DNA from: Scyliorhinus canicula
Taxonomy: Eukaryota
DNA length: 64,000 nucleotides
Direction of reading: 5' to 3'
NCBI RefSeq assembly: GCF_902713615.1
Contig: NC_052146.1
Location: 71,071,238-71,135,237, forward strand
The notes beneath the pieces were generated by a model that worked only from the letters and a program-made list of their open reading frames with translations, was not told the DNA's origin and searched no databases. Numbering within the stretch: the first letter of the stretch is position 1; every line of letters begins with the position of its first letter. A program made the translations under genes and the position numbers. Of the stretch, positions 36,590 to 49,212 are shown one piece after another.

Positions 36590-36668
36590 CTTTAATACCC
36601 CTGTCACCAAGAAGGTGTCCCCTCCTGATTTCATGCAAATTAGTCTTTTCCTCTCAACCAATCAGGTG
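36590..36668 (-). promoter_or_regulatory. IgL promoter, cluster 2
   Basis: ATTTGCAT at 36640-36633, TATTAAAG at 36597-36590, CAGGTG at 36663-36668. Confidence 0.85.
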
Positions 36669-38989
36669 TTTTGCGATTCAAACACCATCTCAAATTCTCT
36701 TCGGCGATTAGAAAATACAAGGAAGGTCGGAGAAAGCAAAATACTACAGGTGTTGGAATTCTGGGGGAAATACAGAAAAGGCTAAAAATATCCAGCAGGT
36801 CAGACAGAATCTCTGGGAGACAAAGAGAGTTAACGATTCAGATCGTGACCTTTCAAAACAAGCAGTTGGCACAAACGTTAGTACTCTAGCAGGGCACATT
36901 CTACAAAGATCTAGCAGTGATTTCCGGGCAAATGGGATTTGATTCAGAGAAACATACAGAACATGACAAAACTGTCCAACTAGTCCTACACAGACACTTC
37001 TCCTTGTAGCGGCTAAGAAGGGCAAGGGCCCAGACTTGCCCAAACACGCCCCCGACCCGATCAATGGAACATTTCGGAACTCACATGCGTGTTATTCTAA
37101 ACTAGCATTTCCTCCACAGGTCGGCCTTGACACCAAATTCGTTCCAGCGGACTGGGTGGTTTCTTCCACTCAGAATAATGGGACACTGCGACCCTGGAAA
37201 GGTGGAGGATGCAGCCATCTAATTGCGGAAACCAGCGACCAGGAGCCCTGGGAATGGTTGGCTTGTCGATGAAGGGTCAGCAGTGGAGAGCAGACTGAAG
37301 GGTTCGCCGAAAATTTGACTGCAATGAAGTTTCCGTGAAGAAGCCGGGAATTAAATTTAGGAGCCGACTAACACCTCTCGCTTCCTTCTTAAAACTTGTC
37401 GCGATTGTTATCTCCCGTTTTGGTTTAAATATATTAATGCTGCTTACTGAAGGCTTAGTGTGTCGGAGGGAAACGGCTTTTTAATTTCAGTCTTTAAATT
37501 TGACTAAAATTGGGAATCATTTCCAAAGTTTCTAACGAATACTCTTTGGTCTGAAACGTGAACTGTGTTTCTTTCTCCACAGGTGCTGCCTGTTGAGTAT
37601 TCCCAACAATTTGTGGTTTCTATTCTAAAGTTTAAATTAATTTAGCAGGATATTCCAAGGGTTTGCAATGCTTATTTTCATTACTATGATTTACCAATAT
37701 GTTCATGGAAGTAGATGGTCAAATTTCTCAGGATACAATAAAAATAATATTGTTATTAGAATGTCTTAAATCAATTTTTTGCAAAACGTATGGACATATT
37801 TTGATTTTTTTTTCAGACGTCTGTGTTTATTTGTGAGTTTTCAATTAAAGTTCTAAAATACATTTCTGATAAGCAGGGTGTGATTATTGTTGGATATTCA
37901 TTGGGTTAAGTGCCGTGCCCCAGTCTGAGCTCTGATCGTCTTGCATTCTGCACTGTCGCTCCTTAATCCGGGCCACAGGGCCCGCAACAGGAGGATTTTC
38001 TACCTTAGAATCCGTAGAATTCCTAAAGTGCATAAGGAGGCAATTTGGTCAGTCAACCCTGCGTCGACCCTCCAAAGAGCACTCAACCTAGGCCCACACC
38101 TCACCCTATCCCCGTAACGCCGCACTTTGATCACGGTCAACCCACCTGAGCTGCAAATCTTTGGACAATGAGGGGCAATTTATCATGGCCAATCCACCTA
38201 GCCTGCACATATTTGCACAGCTAACCACTGTGCCACTGCGGCGCCCCACTAATGGCTCCTTCTCTGCTTATCAAAATACAGACTTTCAACTATGACGGAG
38301 GTGTGTAGGCCGCAGCTCACTCAACGATCTTCGCTACCGGCTTTAGGAATTATTGGTGCAGCACCCTCAAACCTGCCAAGCAGCTAAAGTGGTTTTTCAA
38401 CGCGGTACTGGCCCTCAACGCAATCTGTCAGCTACTTGCGCTCACTTGCTTTCACTGTGGGTTGTAAAATAGCATCAGCGGAGAATAAACCTTGACATTA
38501 ATTCCCCATTTTCCCACTAATCTTCAGCAGGCACATTATGCAGCTACTGGAATGTTGCAAACGTTCAGTCTTGGGCCTCAGCGATTTACATTCTATGTTA
38601 ATGACTTAAACTAATAAACCGAGAGTAACCTAAGTTTGCTGATGATACAAAGATAGATGGGAATGTAAACTTTTTAGAGGAGGATGAAAGTGTTGTCACG
38701 ACATAGGCACAGGTTAAGACGGTGAACGATGGCATGGCAGATGGGATATCATGTGGGTAAATGTGAGGGTATTCACTCCTCTAGTAAGTATATGATAGCA
38801 GAATATTTGCAAACGCACGAATCTTCCAAACATTGATGCTCAGAGATACTTGGGTATACGATACAAGGAACAAAATGTTAGCATACAGGTACTGCAAGCA
38901 ATCAGGAAGGCAAATGGTGTGTTGACTTTTCTTGCAAGTGGATTGGCGTACAAGTATACGAAATTGTTGCTACAATGTATAAAACTTAG

Positions 38990-41695
38990 CGTGGGGCGGT
39001 TTGTGTGTGGGGATGGGGTGGTTTGTGTGTGTAGAAAGGGGGTGGTTTGTGTCTGGGGGATAGGTTAGTTTGTGTGCGGGGGATGGTATGGTTTGTGTGT
39101 GTGAGGATGGGGTGGTTTGTGTGTGGGGATGGGGGTGGTTTGTGTGTGGGGATGGGGTGGTCTGTGTGTGTAGGAAGGGGGCGGTTTCTGTGTGGGGGAT
39201 GGTATGGTTTGTGTGTGTGAGGATGGGGTGGTTTGTGTGTGGGGATGGGGGTGGTTTGTGTGTGGGGATGGGGGTGGTTTGTGTGTGGGGATGGGGTGGT
39301 TTGTGTGTGGGAATAGGAAGGTTTGTGTGTGGGTTTGGGGTGGTTTGTGTGTGGGTATGGGGTGGTGTGTGTGTGGGGATGGGGTGGTTTGTGTGTGAAG
39401 ATGGCGGTGGTTTGTGTGTGGGGATGGGGTGGTTTGTGTGTGTGGTGTTGGGGATGGTTTGTGTGTGGAGATGGAGTGGTTTGTGTGTGGGGATGGGGTG
39501 GTTTGTGTGTGGGGGGGACAAGGTGGTTTGTGTGTGTGAGGATGAGGTGGTTTGTGTGTGGGGGATGGGGTGGTTTGTGTTGTTAAGGGGTGGTTTGTGT
39601 GTGTGGGGACGGGGTGGTTTGTGTGTGTGGACTGGGTGGTTTGTGTGTGTGGACGGGGTGGTGTGTATGGGGTGGTTTGTGTGTGGGGATGGGGTGGTTT
39701 GTGTGTGGGGATGGGGGTGGTTTGTGTGTGGTGACGGGGTGGTTTGTGTGTGTGGGGATGAGGTGGTTTGTGTGTGTGAGGATGGGGTGGTTTGTGTGTG
39801 GGGATGGGGGTGGTTTGTGTGTTTGGGAATGGGATGGTTTGTGTGTGGAGATGGCGGTGGTTTGTGTGTGGGGATGGGGTGGTTTGTGTGTGGGGATGGG
39901 GGTGGTTTGTGTGTGGGGACGGGGTGGTTTGTGTGTGTGGGGATGAGGTGGTTTGTGTGTGTGAGGATGGGGTGGTTTGTGTGTGGGGATGGGGGTGGTT
40001 TATGTGTGGGGATGGGGTGGTTTGTGTGTTTGGGAATGGGATGGTTTGTGTGTGGAGATGGCGGTGGTTTGTGTGTGGGGATGGGGTGGTTTGTGTGTGT
40101 GGTGATGGGGATGGTTTGTGTGTGGGGATGGGGCGGTTTGTGTGTGGGGATGGGGCGGTTTGTGTGTGGGGGGACGGGGTGGTATATGTATGTGAGGATG
40201 AGGTGGTTTGTGTGTGGGGGATGGGGTGGTTTGTGTTGTTAAGGGACGGTTTGTGTGTGTGGGGACGGGGTGGTTTGTGTGTGTGGGGATGGGGTGGTTG
40301 TGTGTGTGGGGATGGAGTGGTGTGTGTGTGGGGATGGGGCGGTTTGTGTGTGGGGATGGGGCGGTTTGTGTGTGGGGGGACGGGGTGGTATATGTATGTG
40401 AGGATGAGGTGGTTTGTGTGTGGGGGATGGGGTGGTTTGTGTTGTTAAGGGACGGTTTGTGTGTGTGGGGACGGGGTGGTTTGTGTGTGTGGGGATGGGG
40501 TGGTTGTGTGTGTGGGGATGGAGTGGTGTGTGTGTGGGGATGGGGTGCTTTGTATGTGTGAGGTTGGGGTGGTTTGTGTGTGGGGATGGGGTAGTTTGTG
40601 TGTGTGGGGACGGGGTGGTTTGTGTGTGGGTATGGGGTGGTGTGTGTGTGGGGATGGGGTGGTTTGTGTGTGTGGGGATGTGGTGGTTTGTGTGTGTGGG
40701 GATGAGGTGGTTTGTGTGTGGGGGGATGGGGTGGTTTGTGTGTGTGGGGATGGGGTGGTTTGCATGTGTGGATGGGGTGGCTTGTGTTTGTGCAGCGCCG
40801 ACCCTAGGGTTGCTGGCGCCCCGAGCAAGCTGAACTTCGGCGCCCTTCGGGGGGGGGGGGGGGGGGGGGGGGCTCCGTTCACCGGGGGGGGGGGCGCCGG
40901 AGTGACCTGGTACATGATCGGGACCCACCAATCGGCGGGCCGGTCTCTCTGTCAGCAGGCCTCCTTTCTTCCACCGGCGAGCCTGGATCCGTCCGCCATG
41001 TTTGTGCGGGGCGGCCTGGGGGAGGGCGGCCACCGCGCATGCGGTTGACACCGGCCCAACTGCGCATGCGCGGGACCCGAGTCTTTTACGTGGCGCCGGT
41101 TCTCTGACGCCGGTCACGCACTCCTTGATGGCGCCCCCTAGCACATGGCGCCCCGGGCGACTGCCTGAGTTGCCGGTACCTTGAGCCGGCCCTGTGTTTG
41201 TGGATGGGGTGGCTTGTGTGTGGAGATGGGGTGGTTTGTGTGCGGGGATGGGGTGGTTTGTGTTTGTGGATGGGGTGGCTTGTGCGTGGAGATGGGGTGA
41301 TTTGTGTGTGGGGATAGGGTGGTTTGTGTGTGGGGTGGTTTGTGTGTGGGAATGGGGTGGATTGTGTGTGGGGGTATAGTGTGTTTCAGTGTGTGGGGAG
41401 GGGTGTGGTTTAAGTGTATGCGGGCTGATGATTGGTTCGGGTGTATTGTGAACGGCTGGTGTGCAGCGAGGGGGGTTGTTTATGTGTGCATGAATTGGGA
41501 TGATGTGTGTGAATGGGGGTGGATTGTTTTCGGAATTGGGGGTGGTTTGTGTCTTTGGGGGTGTGTGATTTAGATGCGTGGGGGTATGAGTGTTTGTTTG
41601 GGTGTATTGGGATGGGGTGTTTCTGTTTACGGGAGGGCTGCTTTGTGTGTGTGGGGATGGGGTGGTGTACGTGTGTGTGGGAATGGGGGTGTATT
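38990..41695. repeat. GT-rich minisatellite, cluster 2 (longer array, contains the MITE)
   Basis: Same unit as 5777-7505. A related tract lies at ~42005-42350. Confidence 0.95.
40793..41194. mobile_element. hAT-superfamily MITE, 402 bp, cluster 2 only
   Basis: Imperfect TIR CAGCGCCGAC/CAGGGCCGGC; perfect 8-bp TSD TGTTTGTG (40785-40792/41195-41202). Confidence 0.85.
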
Positions 41696-42364
41696 TACAG
41701 AATTTACAGTGCGGAAGGAGGCTATTTGGCCCATTGGGTCTGCACCAGTCCTCGGAAAGAGCATCCTACTTAAGCCCACCCCATCTAACTTTTTGGACAC
41801 TAAGGGAAATTTTACATGGTCAATCCACCTAACCTGCACATCTTTGGACTGTGGGAGGAAACTGGAACACCTGGAAGAAACCCATGCAGACACGGGGAAA
41901 ACGTGCAGACTCTGCACAGTGACCCAACCCAATGACCCAAATCTGGGACCCTGGAGCTGTGAAGCAATTGTGCTAGCCGCTGTGCTACCGTGCTGTCCAC
42001 AGTGTGAGGGGGATGGTGGTGGTTTGTGTGTACAGGGAGGGAGTCGTTTGTATGTGTGGGGACAATAATGGTTTGTGTGTGTGCAGATGGGTGTGGTTTA
42101 TGAATTTATGGGGTGGGGTGGTTCGTATGTGGGGCATAGAGATAGTTTGGGTATGTGCATATGGGGTGGTTTGTGTGGTGGATCGATAGCGATGGGTTGG
42201 GTGTGTAGGAATGGGATGTTTTCTGTGTGTGGGGGGGGGGTAGCGATGGCTTGGGTGTGTAGTTGTGTAGAGATGGGGTGGTTTCTGTGTGTGGGGCTGC
42301 GTGCTAGGGCGGTTCATGTGGTGTGGGGATGGAGGTAGTTTGTGTTTGTTGCGATAGGGTGCGT

Positions 42365-42800
42365 TTTTGGGAAAGAGCAGAGCTGAAGAACAGTTCACAC
42401 TTTGGTCCTCATATTTTAGCAAGGACATACATGCATTGAAATCTTGGATCACCGCGTTGCCCTATGATGAGAAGCTCGTGTGAGTTTTGGGAAAGAACAG
42501 AGCTGAAGAACAGTTCACATTTCACATAGGGGCTGTTTAGCACAGGGCTAAATCGCTGGCTTTGAAAGCAGACCAAGCAGGCCAGCAGCACGGTTCAATT
42601 CCCGTAACAGCCTCCCCGAATAGGCACCGGAATGTGGCGACTAAGGGCTTTTCACAATAACTTTATTTGAAGCCTACTCGTGACAATATGCGATTTTCAT
42701 TTCATTTCATTTTGGTCCTCATATTTTAGCAAGGACATACTTGCATTCGAATCTTGGATCACCGCGTTGCCCTATGATGAGAAGCTCGTGTGAGTTTTGA
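42365..42800 (+). repeat. ~120-bp tandem duplication with a SINE (~42529-42708) inside the second copy
   Basis: TTTTGGGAAAG...GCTCGTGTGAGTT occurs twice here and once in unit 1 (8249-8371). The SINE begins GGGGCTGTTTAGCACAGGGC and ends in (CATTT)n. Confidence 0.8.
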
Positions 42801-43637
42801 ACAATAAAAACTGATGAAAGACAGAAGATTCTGAAGGAGCTTCATATGGAAGCGATTGAACGGTGATGTCGTTCTTCTTTCCAAAACAAAACTGGCAACA
42901 AAATGTTTTTTAGACAGATATTTTTACCATCTTCTCATTGAATGCCGCAGGTGGTATGCTGGCACAGTGGTTAGCACTGTAGCCTCACAGCGCCAGGGAC
43001 CCAGGCTCAATTCAGGACTCGGGTGACTGTGTGGAGCTTGCACTTTGTCCCCGTATCTGTGTGGCATTCCTCCGGGTGCTCCGGTTAGGTGCAGGTTAGG
43101 CTGATTGGCCATGCTAGATTGCCCATTAGTGTCCAAAAGGTTAGGTTGCTTTATTCTGTTATGGGGCCTGGCCCCAGGGAGAGTGCTCTTTCAGAGAGTC
43201 GATGCACATTCTTCTGCACTATAGGGATTCTGTTATATCAACGAAATAAGATAGCTATTGCAAAATCTTAATAAATCATGGGTTGATTCATAATATTTTA
43301 AATTATTAACCCTTTTGCAAACTTACTCATTCGTTTCATGTTAATAAAACGTAGAAGTGGAGCAACCACATTAAATTGAACTCAAACGATATAGTGCGTG
43401 GTCAAACAAAATTATATATTTAACTATCAATAAACACAATAATGAACCAGACAACTGAGTTCAGCTGAAACATTAAAGTATAAACGTAATTATAAAATTA
43501 GCTAGCAATAAATAACAAAACAAATACCAGAAGAAAAAACATCATTCTGCCGCCTGTGATTGCCAAACAACGGCAGGGAGATGGTGGGGGATGTGTAAGC
43601 GAGGGAGCTGGGGACACAAATTGCTTCTGCATCTTAC

Positions 43638-44140
43638 CTGTGTCAATAGCCTCATTCTTCCTTGCCAGAGGGATGTCCTGCAGCAGATAAATCAGCTCTG
43701 GGCTGCTGCTGGATTGACGCTGCAACCTCAGATATTGGTTCATGTACCTGCATCGTTTGTTCTCTTGTATCCAATGCTGCCACATCAGATACAGGCACTG
43801 CTGTCTGTCCAGAGTGAACGCAGCATTCCGTTTGTATCGGGTCTGCATTGGGTCAGTGAAATCCCCATGAATGATTTCAGTAGATAACTGCTGGTAAAGG
43901 CCCAAGGTTAGATTCCTAACATTCTGCCTCACAATTGTCACCCATTGTTTGATCAAATTACAAATGCTGGAATGTTTGTCATTTTCTGCATATATGGTGG
44001 CAGCATTCACTCATTCAGAAAATACATTTTCCTGCTCCTCAAAACTGTCTAAATTCTCAAATTGGGCCTGGCATGTTCCATGTGTGAGTGGATTTCCGGA
44101 ACTTGTACTTGCAAATTCAGAAGTCTCCCTCCACCTGTCT
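43638..44140 (-). pseudogene. Unidentified ORF relic ending at a splice-donor-like site
   Basis: ~165 codons with one internal TGA (44013-44011), ending GACACAG|GTAAGA. No family recognised. Confidence 0.3.
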
Positions 44141-44794
44141 TTTTAAACTTTCTAATGATCAAGGGTTAAACATTCAGTTAGTGACATTTCGTTTGTGCAT
44201 TCCAGTATTAGATTGAACACTTGTTAGTCTGAGTGATCTGCATCCGTTGCCTGATCAAATATTCCGTGGCCCGTGAGCTCATTTTGGACGGTGAAACAGC
44301 GCTGGACATACAGCATTGTGGGTTATCATTCTCTCCGAAGATAAATGAGAAATGGAAATCTTGGTTTCTTGCTATCCTGTCTTGTGACACAACTTATACA
44401 AATATTGGAGCCAGATTTAATGATATTACAAACAAGCTGAAACTTAGACATACCTGTTCGACTGGAATTGTATTCACTTGCATTGAAAAGGATGAGACCA
44501 GATCTGATTGATCGAATGAAATTCTAACAGGGCTGGAGAAAATAGATGCAAGGGAGATGTTTTCCCTGGTTGGGGAATCTAGATCCAAGGGACACAATCT
44601 CAGGATACAGGGTAGACCATTGAGGTCTGGGATGAGGAAATATTTATTCACTTCACGGGTAGTGAACCTGTGGAATTCTCTACCGCAGAAGGCTGTAGAG
44701 GACTATTCACTGAAGAAATAAAAACACAGACAGTTTGTTTATAGAAAAAACTATGTGGCAAGATAACAAGGATAAATTAACAAACAAACAACTA

Positions 44795-46553
44795 GACTTC
44801 TGGTGACAGCGGGCGGGAGGCAGCTGCACATTGGAGGGCTCCCGTTCGGGAACGGCATTTTCGGGATTTAATGCCCGGTCCCCGGGGTAATGGAGGCGGC
44901 AAATGCAGGGAGAAGGAACAGTGAAGGGAAATGTCGAAAATAAGTTAAAAAACGGCCGTGAAAAAAGCAGCTGAACATCTGTCGGGAAGTGGAAAGGTCA
45001 CCGCGGGGAGGGCAAGAAAAGCGGAAGCTGGGACACCAGGGGAGGCCGCACTGCCCATGGCTGAAGAAATGACTAAGGTGATGGCCGTGGAATTCGAAAG
45101 GCAGTTCACAAAACACATGGAGGCAATGAGGAAGGAGATGGGGCGGTATTGAAAGTGCTGGTGGAGGAGGCGGCTGTATTGGTAGTGGAGGTGCGGGAGC
45201 AAGGTGAGGTGCTGAAGGAAGTGGAAGAGACATTATTGCAGCACAGTGATCAACTTACCTCGATGGGGAAGGAGATGCAGAAGGTGATAGAGATCAGCAA
45301 GGATCTGCGAGCCAAAATGGACGACTTGGAAAACAGATCCAGGAGACAGAATCTGAGGCCGACTGAGTATTTTGCCACGATGTTGGCAAAGCTATTGGTG
45401 GAGGGGGATGATCCCTCCTGATAGGAACTGGATCGGGCTCCTTGGTCGTGGAGGCCTGTACCAAAGGAGAGTGAGCCGCCAAGAGTAGTGACTCTGTGTT
45501 TTCATAGGTACAGTATGAAGGAGAAGGTCCTGTGCTGGGCAAAGCAGAAGCGGGTGGTTCAGTGGGCTGGAGCTGGTATACGCATATATCAGGACTTTAC
45601 GGTGGAGCTGGCGAGGAGGCGGGCTGCCTTCAGCCGGGTGAAGAAGGCACTGTACACCAGTAAGCTGCAGTGCGGCATACTATACCCAGCTAAATTGTGG
45701 GTGACCTACAATTCCAAGGACTTTTCATTTGGGACGGCGGAAGCAGAGGAGGAGTTTGCGAAGGCAGAAGGACTGTGGCTGAATTGAGAAATGGCCATGT
45801 ACCGATGTAGCCTCATGTAACTGTATTTTATCACTGCGTGCTGGTGTATGTGCTAAATGAGCCAACATTGTATATATTTGGGCAAGGGAAGAGATGGGAC
45901 TTTCACTTGCAATGATTGTTCTTTGGGGCTTGGGTGTGTATGCGGGGTTTGTGTGCTAAAGGGGAGTTCTTGGTTATCCTGGGACCGGACAAGGGGGAAA
46001 GAGACCCAGGCAGGGGCCTCCATGCTGGCCAGTTTAAGCCAGCTAGTGAATGGGAGTTAGGTGGGGGGAGGGGCTGCGGCAATCGGAGTCTGGCAGAACA
46101 GGTTCCGAACAGGTTCCGATGAGTCTAGCCAGGGTGGAAAGTTGGGGGGAAGGAACAGAGGTTGGGGGGATGGAACAGAGGTTGGGGGGAGGAGTTTTAT
46201 AAGAGGAAGTGGAGGGGAGGAGTTGGGGGGATTACAATTTATGGGTATCATTTACGGTACTCTTTCGGGGATTGGATGGCATTGAATGTTAGGGGGAGGG
46301 GGTGGACTCTATGTCAATGGTGACAATTGGCGATTCCTGATTCCATTTTTCCTTTGTTTTTCCCACCGTGGGAGGGTTTGTTTTATTTGATGCTTATATT
46401 GTCAGGTGGGGTGTTGTTTAGGATGGTGGGAGGATGGGATTGTTGTTGTTGATAAGGGGATTGACTTTATATTTGTTACCATTCACTGCTTGTTGGTGGG
46501 GTGTAAATTCTGAAGAAAATTTGAAAATGGAGAATAATATATTTTAGAAAAAA
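44795..46553 (+). mobile_element. Complete ORF1-only (half-L1/HAL1-like) retroelement
   Basis: 5' UTR, disabled ORF1 (to 45787), ~770 nt non-coding tail, A-rich end. Flanking direct repeat CAAACAACTA (44785-44794/46560-46569), 14/16 over 16 bp. Confidence 0.8.
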
Positions 46554-46660
46554 AACCAGCAAACAACTAACACTAAACAACTGTCCTGGAGCTACTGCAA
46601 ATACGTCTATCTCCCGGCACCACCAACTCCCAGTTCACATGGTGACGTGATGGGTGTACA

Positions 46661-46688
46661 GTGCCGCCTAGTGGTAGGAGGTCCCGCA
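46661..46688 (-). promoter_or_regulatory. CTCF-type site, cluster 2
   Basis: Minus strand TGCGGGACC-N5-CCACTAGGCGGCAC. Confidence 0.6.
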
Positions 46689-48289
46689 AAACATTATGTG
46701 CAAACTAACGTTATGCATATCACAACATAGATCAATTAGACATCTAATTAATCCATATTCCCAGACAACGCAGTCTCTCTTCGCTCAAGAAAAATCAGAC
46801 ATCAGAACTACTCTACATATTCTTACTTTGTCATCTGTTTTATTCGGTTGAAGGTTATGACAATTTATCCTTTGTTTAAAAAAGTAAAGTAACCTATTCC
46901 AAGTAACCACAGAAAGAAGTGATGGGAACTTTCAAATGACCTATAGAAAACATGGAGTCATTGATAGGGGAGCTGATTTAATACCAAATAAATGAAGGTT
47001 GATAGGATGAGTATCCAATATCTTTTTATTTATACATTTAGAGTAGCCAATTCATTTTTTCCAATTAAGGGGCAATTTAGCATGGCCAATCCATCTACCC
47101 TGCAAATCTTTGGGTTGTGGGTGTCAAACCCATGCACACACGGGGAGAATGTGCAAACTCGACACGGACAGTGACCCAGAGCTGCGTTCGAACCTGCGAC
47201 CTCGGCAGCAGTGCTCACCACTGCGCCACCTTGCTGCCCTGAGTATCCAATATCAATCATGAGGACATGAGAGCATATTTCCTCCATCCTGAATAAATGA
47301 AACATTATTTCATCTGAGCAACAAGTAACTTAACAACCTTAGTGAGAAGGATGATCCGATATGTTAGTGACACCTCAATCAGGGGACGTTGGGAAATGAC
47401 ATCAATAGATGACCATCACCCTCGAGAAACCAATTAGAAACTGATCATCACCAAACACATTGATGACTCACGCCTTAAACTAATTAAGAATTACCTTCGC
47501 TTCATTTAGGCCAATTCGAATGCAATGACATCATTGATCACGCTGTGGGAATGCGGCTTGAAATGCGTTCATGAGCAGAAGTTTTCACTGAGTAGGCTTT
47601 GCAGCAAGTACTGCTGTCCACAGGGAAGCAGTAGTAATGGACAAAAAACAGAGACAAGCGTCCTATTAGCTGGGAAGCTTTTTCTCGATCCCGTTGAGCT
47701 TCTTCAGCGTTGTTGGAGCTGCACTCGTCGAGAAAAATGTAAATATTCCATCACGCTCCTGACTTCTGCGTTGTAAGCGGTGGATTGGCTTTCGATAGGC
47801 AGGAGGTGAGTTATTCTCCGCAGGATACCCCACCTCTGACCTGCTCTTGTAGTCACAGTATTCACATTGATGATTCAGTTCGGTTTCTGATTAATAGTAA
47901 CCAGCAAACTGTTGATATTGGTGGATGCAGAAAAATGGCAATGCCATTGAATGATAAGTGGAGATGATTCATTTCTCACTTGTTCGAGGTGCTCATTGCC
48001 GACGTGAATTGTTACTTGTAACTTTGATACAATTCTTCAATTTGTTGTCCAAATTTAGATCAGCATCCACCTTTTCCAGGACATCGAACGGTATACAAAC
48101 ATCTCCATTAAATAGGGATGTGTGTTGATTATGAAGGAGATGAAGGTAATCATTGATCTGTCGCTCCTTGTAACAAAAAGTGGTAATTAACAGACCATTA
48201 ATTTAGCGGTGAATGCCACATTGCCCTTGCAACTGAAAATCCAATGGATGGAGCGATTTGACTGAAGTCGGTCCAGATGATCGGCTATT

Positions 48290-48900
48290 ATTGGAACACC
48301 AGTCCCAGTATCAATTTTAAAGTTGATGTCAAAGCCTTTAATTTGCACTGTAACTCGCCAATAGCTCTGATTAAAGCCATTTGCGTCTCCAATAAAACTC
48401 TAATGTGCTGGAATTCCCGAAGCGCTTGCGGCGTCCAATTTTCCTGGACAGGAAACAAACGGTTCCCCCTGCTTGACAATCTTGGGAACTGTTTTTTTTT
48501 ACCTCACCGGAAGCATCTCCGAATGATGGTTGAAAGATTTCTTGCTATTTCACCCAGATTGAGAAGTTTCTGAGTGGGTGGGTCTACCTAATCAACAGAA
48601 TCATCTCGAGCCTCGATGTTGCGACGGATAATTGACGAAATTCCCTCTCGACTGCGGCTCGGGTTGCCAATTGAACCGTTTAATCCAGAGTGAGCTTCTC
48701 TTCGGTCAGTAAGAAATCCAAGAGCTTTTCTTCATGGACTCCAATGGCAATGCATTCATGGATCAGTTCATCTGTCAATGCACCATAGACAGAATTCCAA
48801 GCACCATAGAACTGGCCCACTGGAAGAAAGATCGCAGAGAATTGACTGAAACTTCTGACTCTCTTGAACTGGAAGAACATAAATAAAGAATCGCTCGGGC
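48290..48900 (-). mobile_element. Old Gypsy gag-protease fragment, unit 2 only
   Basis: YGALTDELIHECIAIGVHEEKLLDFLLTEEKLTLD (gag) and FDINFKIDTG (aspartic protease). Confidence 0.75.
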
Positions 48901-49212
48901 GATTTTGCGTGGGTCTGAACTCCAGAACCCAACTATGGGCAGGGTAGGTGGATTGGCCAAGCCAAATCGCCCCTTAATCTGAAAGAAAAGGATTGATTAC
49001 TGTAAACGTATAAAAGCAAAAAAAGAATCGCTGAGGAATGTTTTGCTCCCTAAGCCTGAGAAAATTATGCATTCTCGATTCCGGTGAAGACTCCCGCAGC
49101 CGCATCATTCACTGCTGCACTGGAGGATGAAAAGGTATTGGAGATCTGAGATTCTAACGAATGTGGACAACAAGAAGATGAATGACAACATTCCTCTGAG
49201 CATTGTAGGAAA

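Noticed and set aside
44208-44390. FSFIFGENDNPQCCMSSAVSPSKM as a hAT (Buster-type) transposase N-terminus
   Set aside because: The resemblance is faint, downstream sequence does not continue into a transposase, and no TIRs were found.
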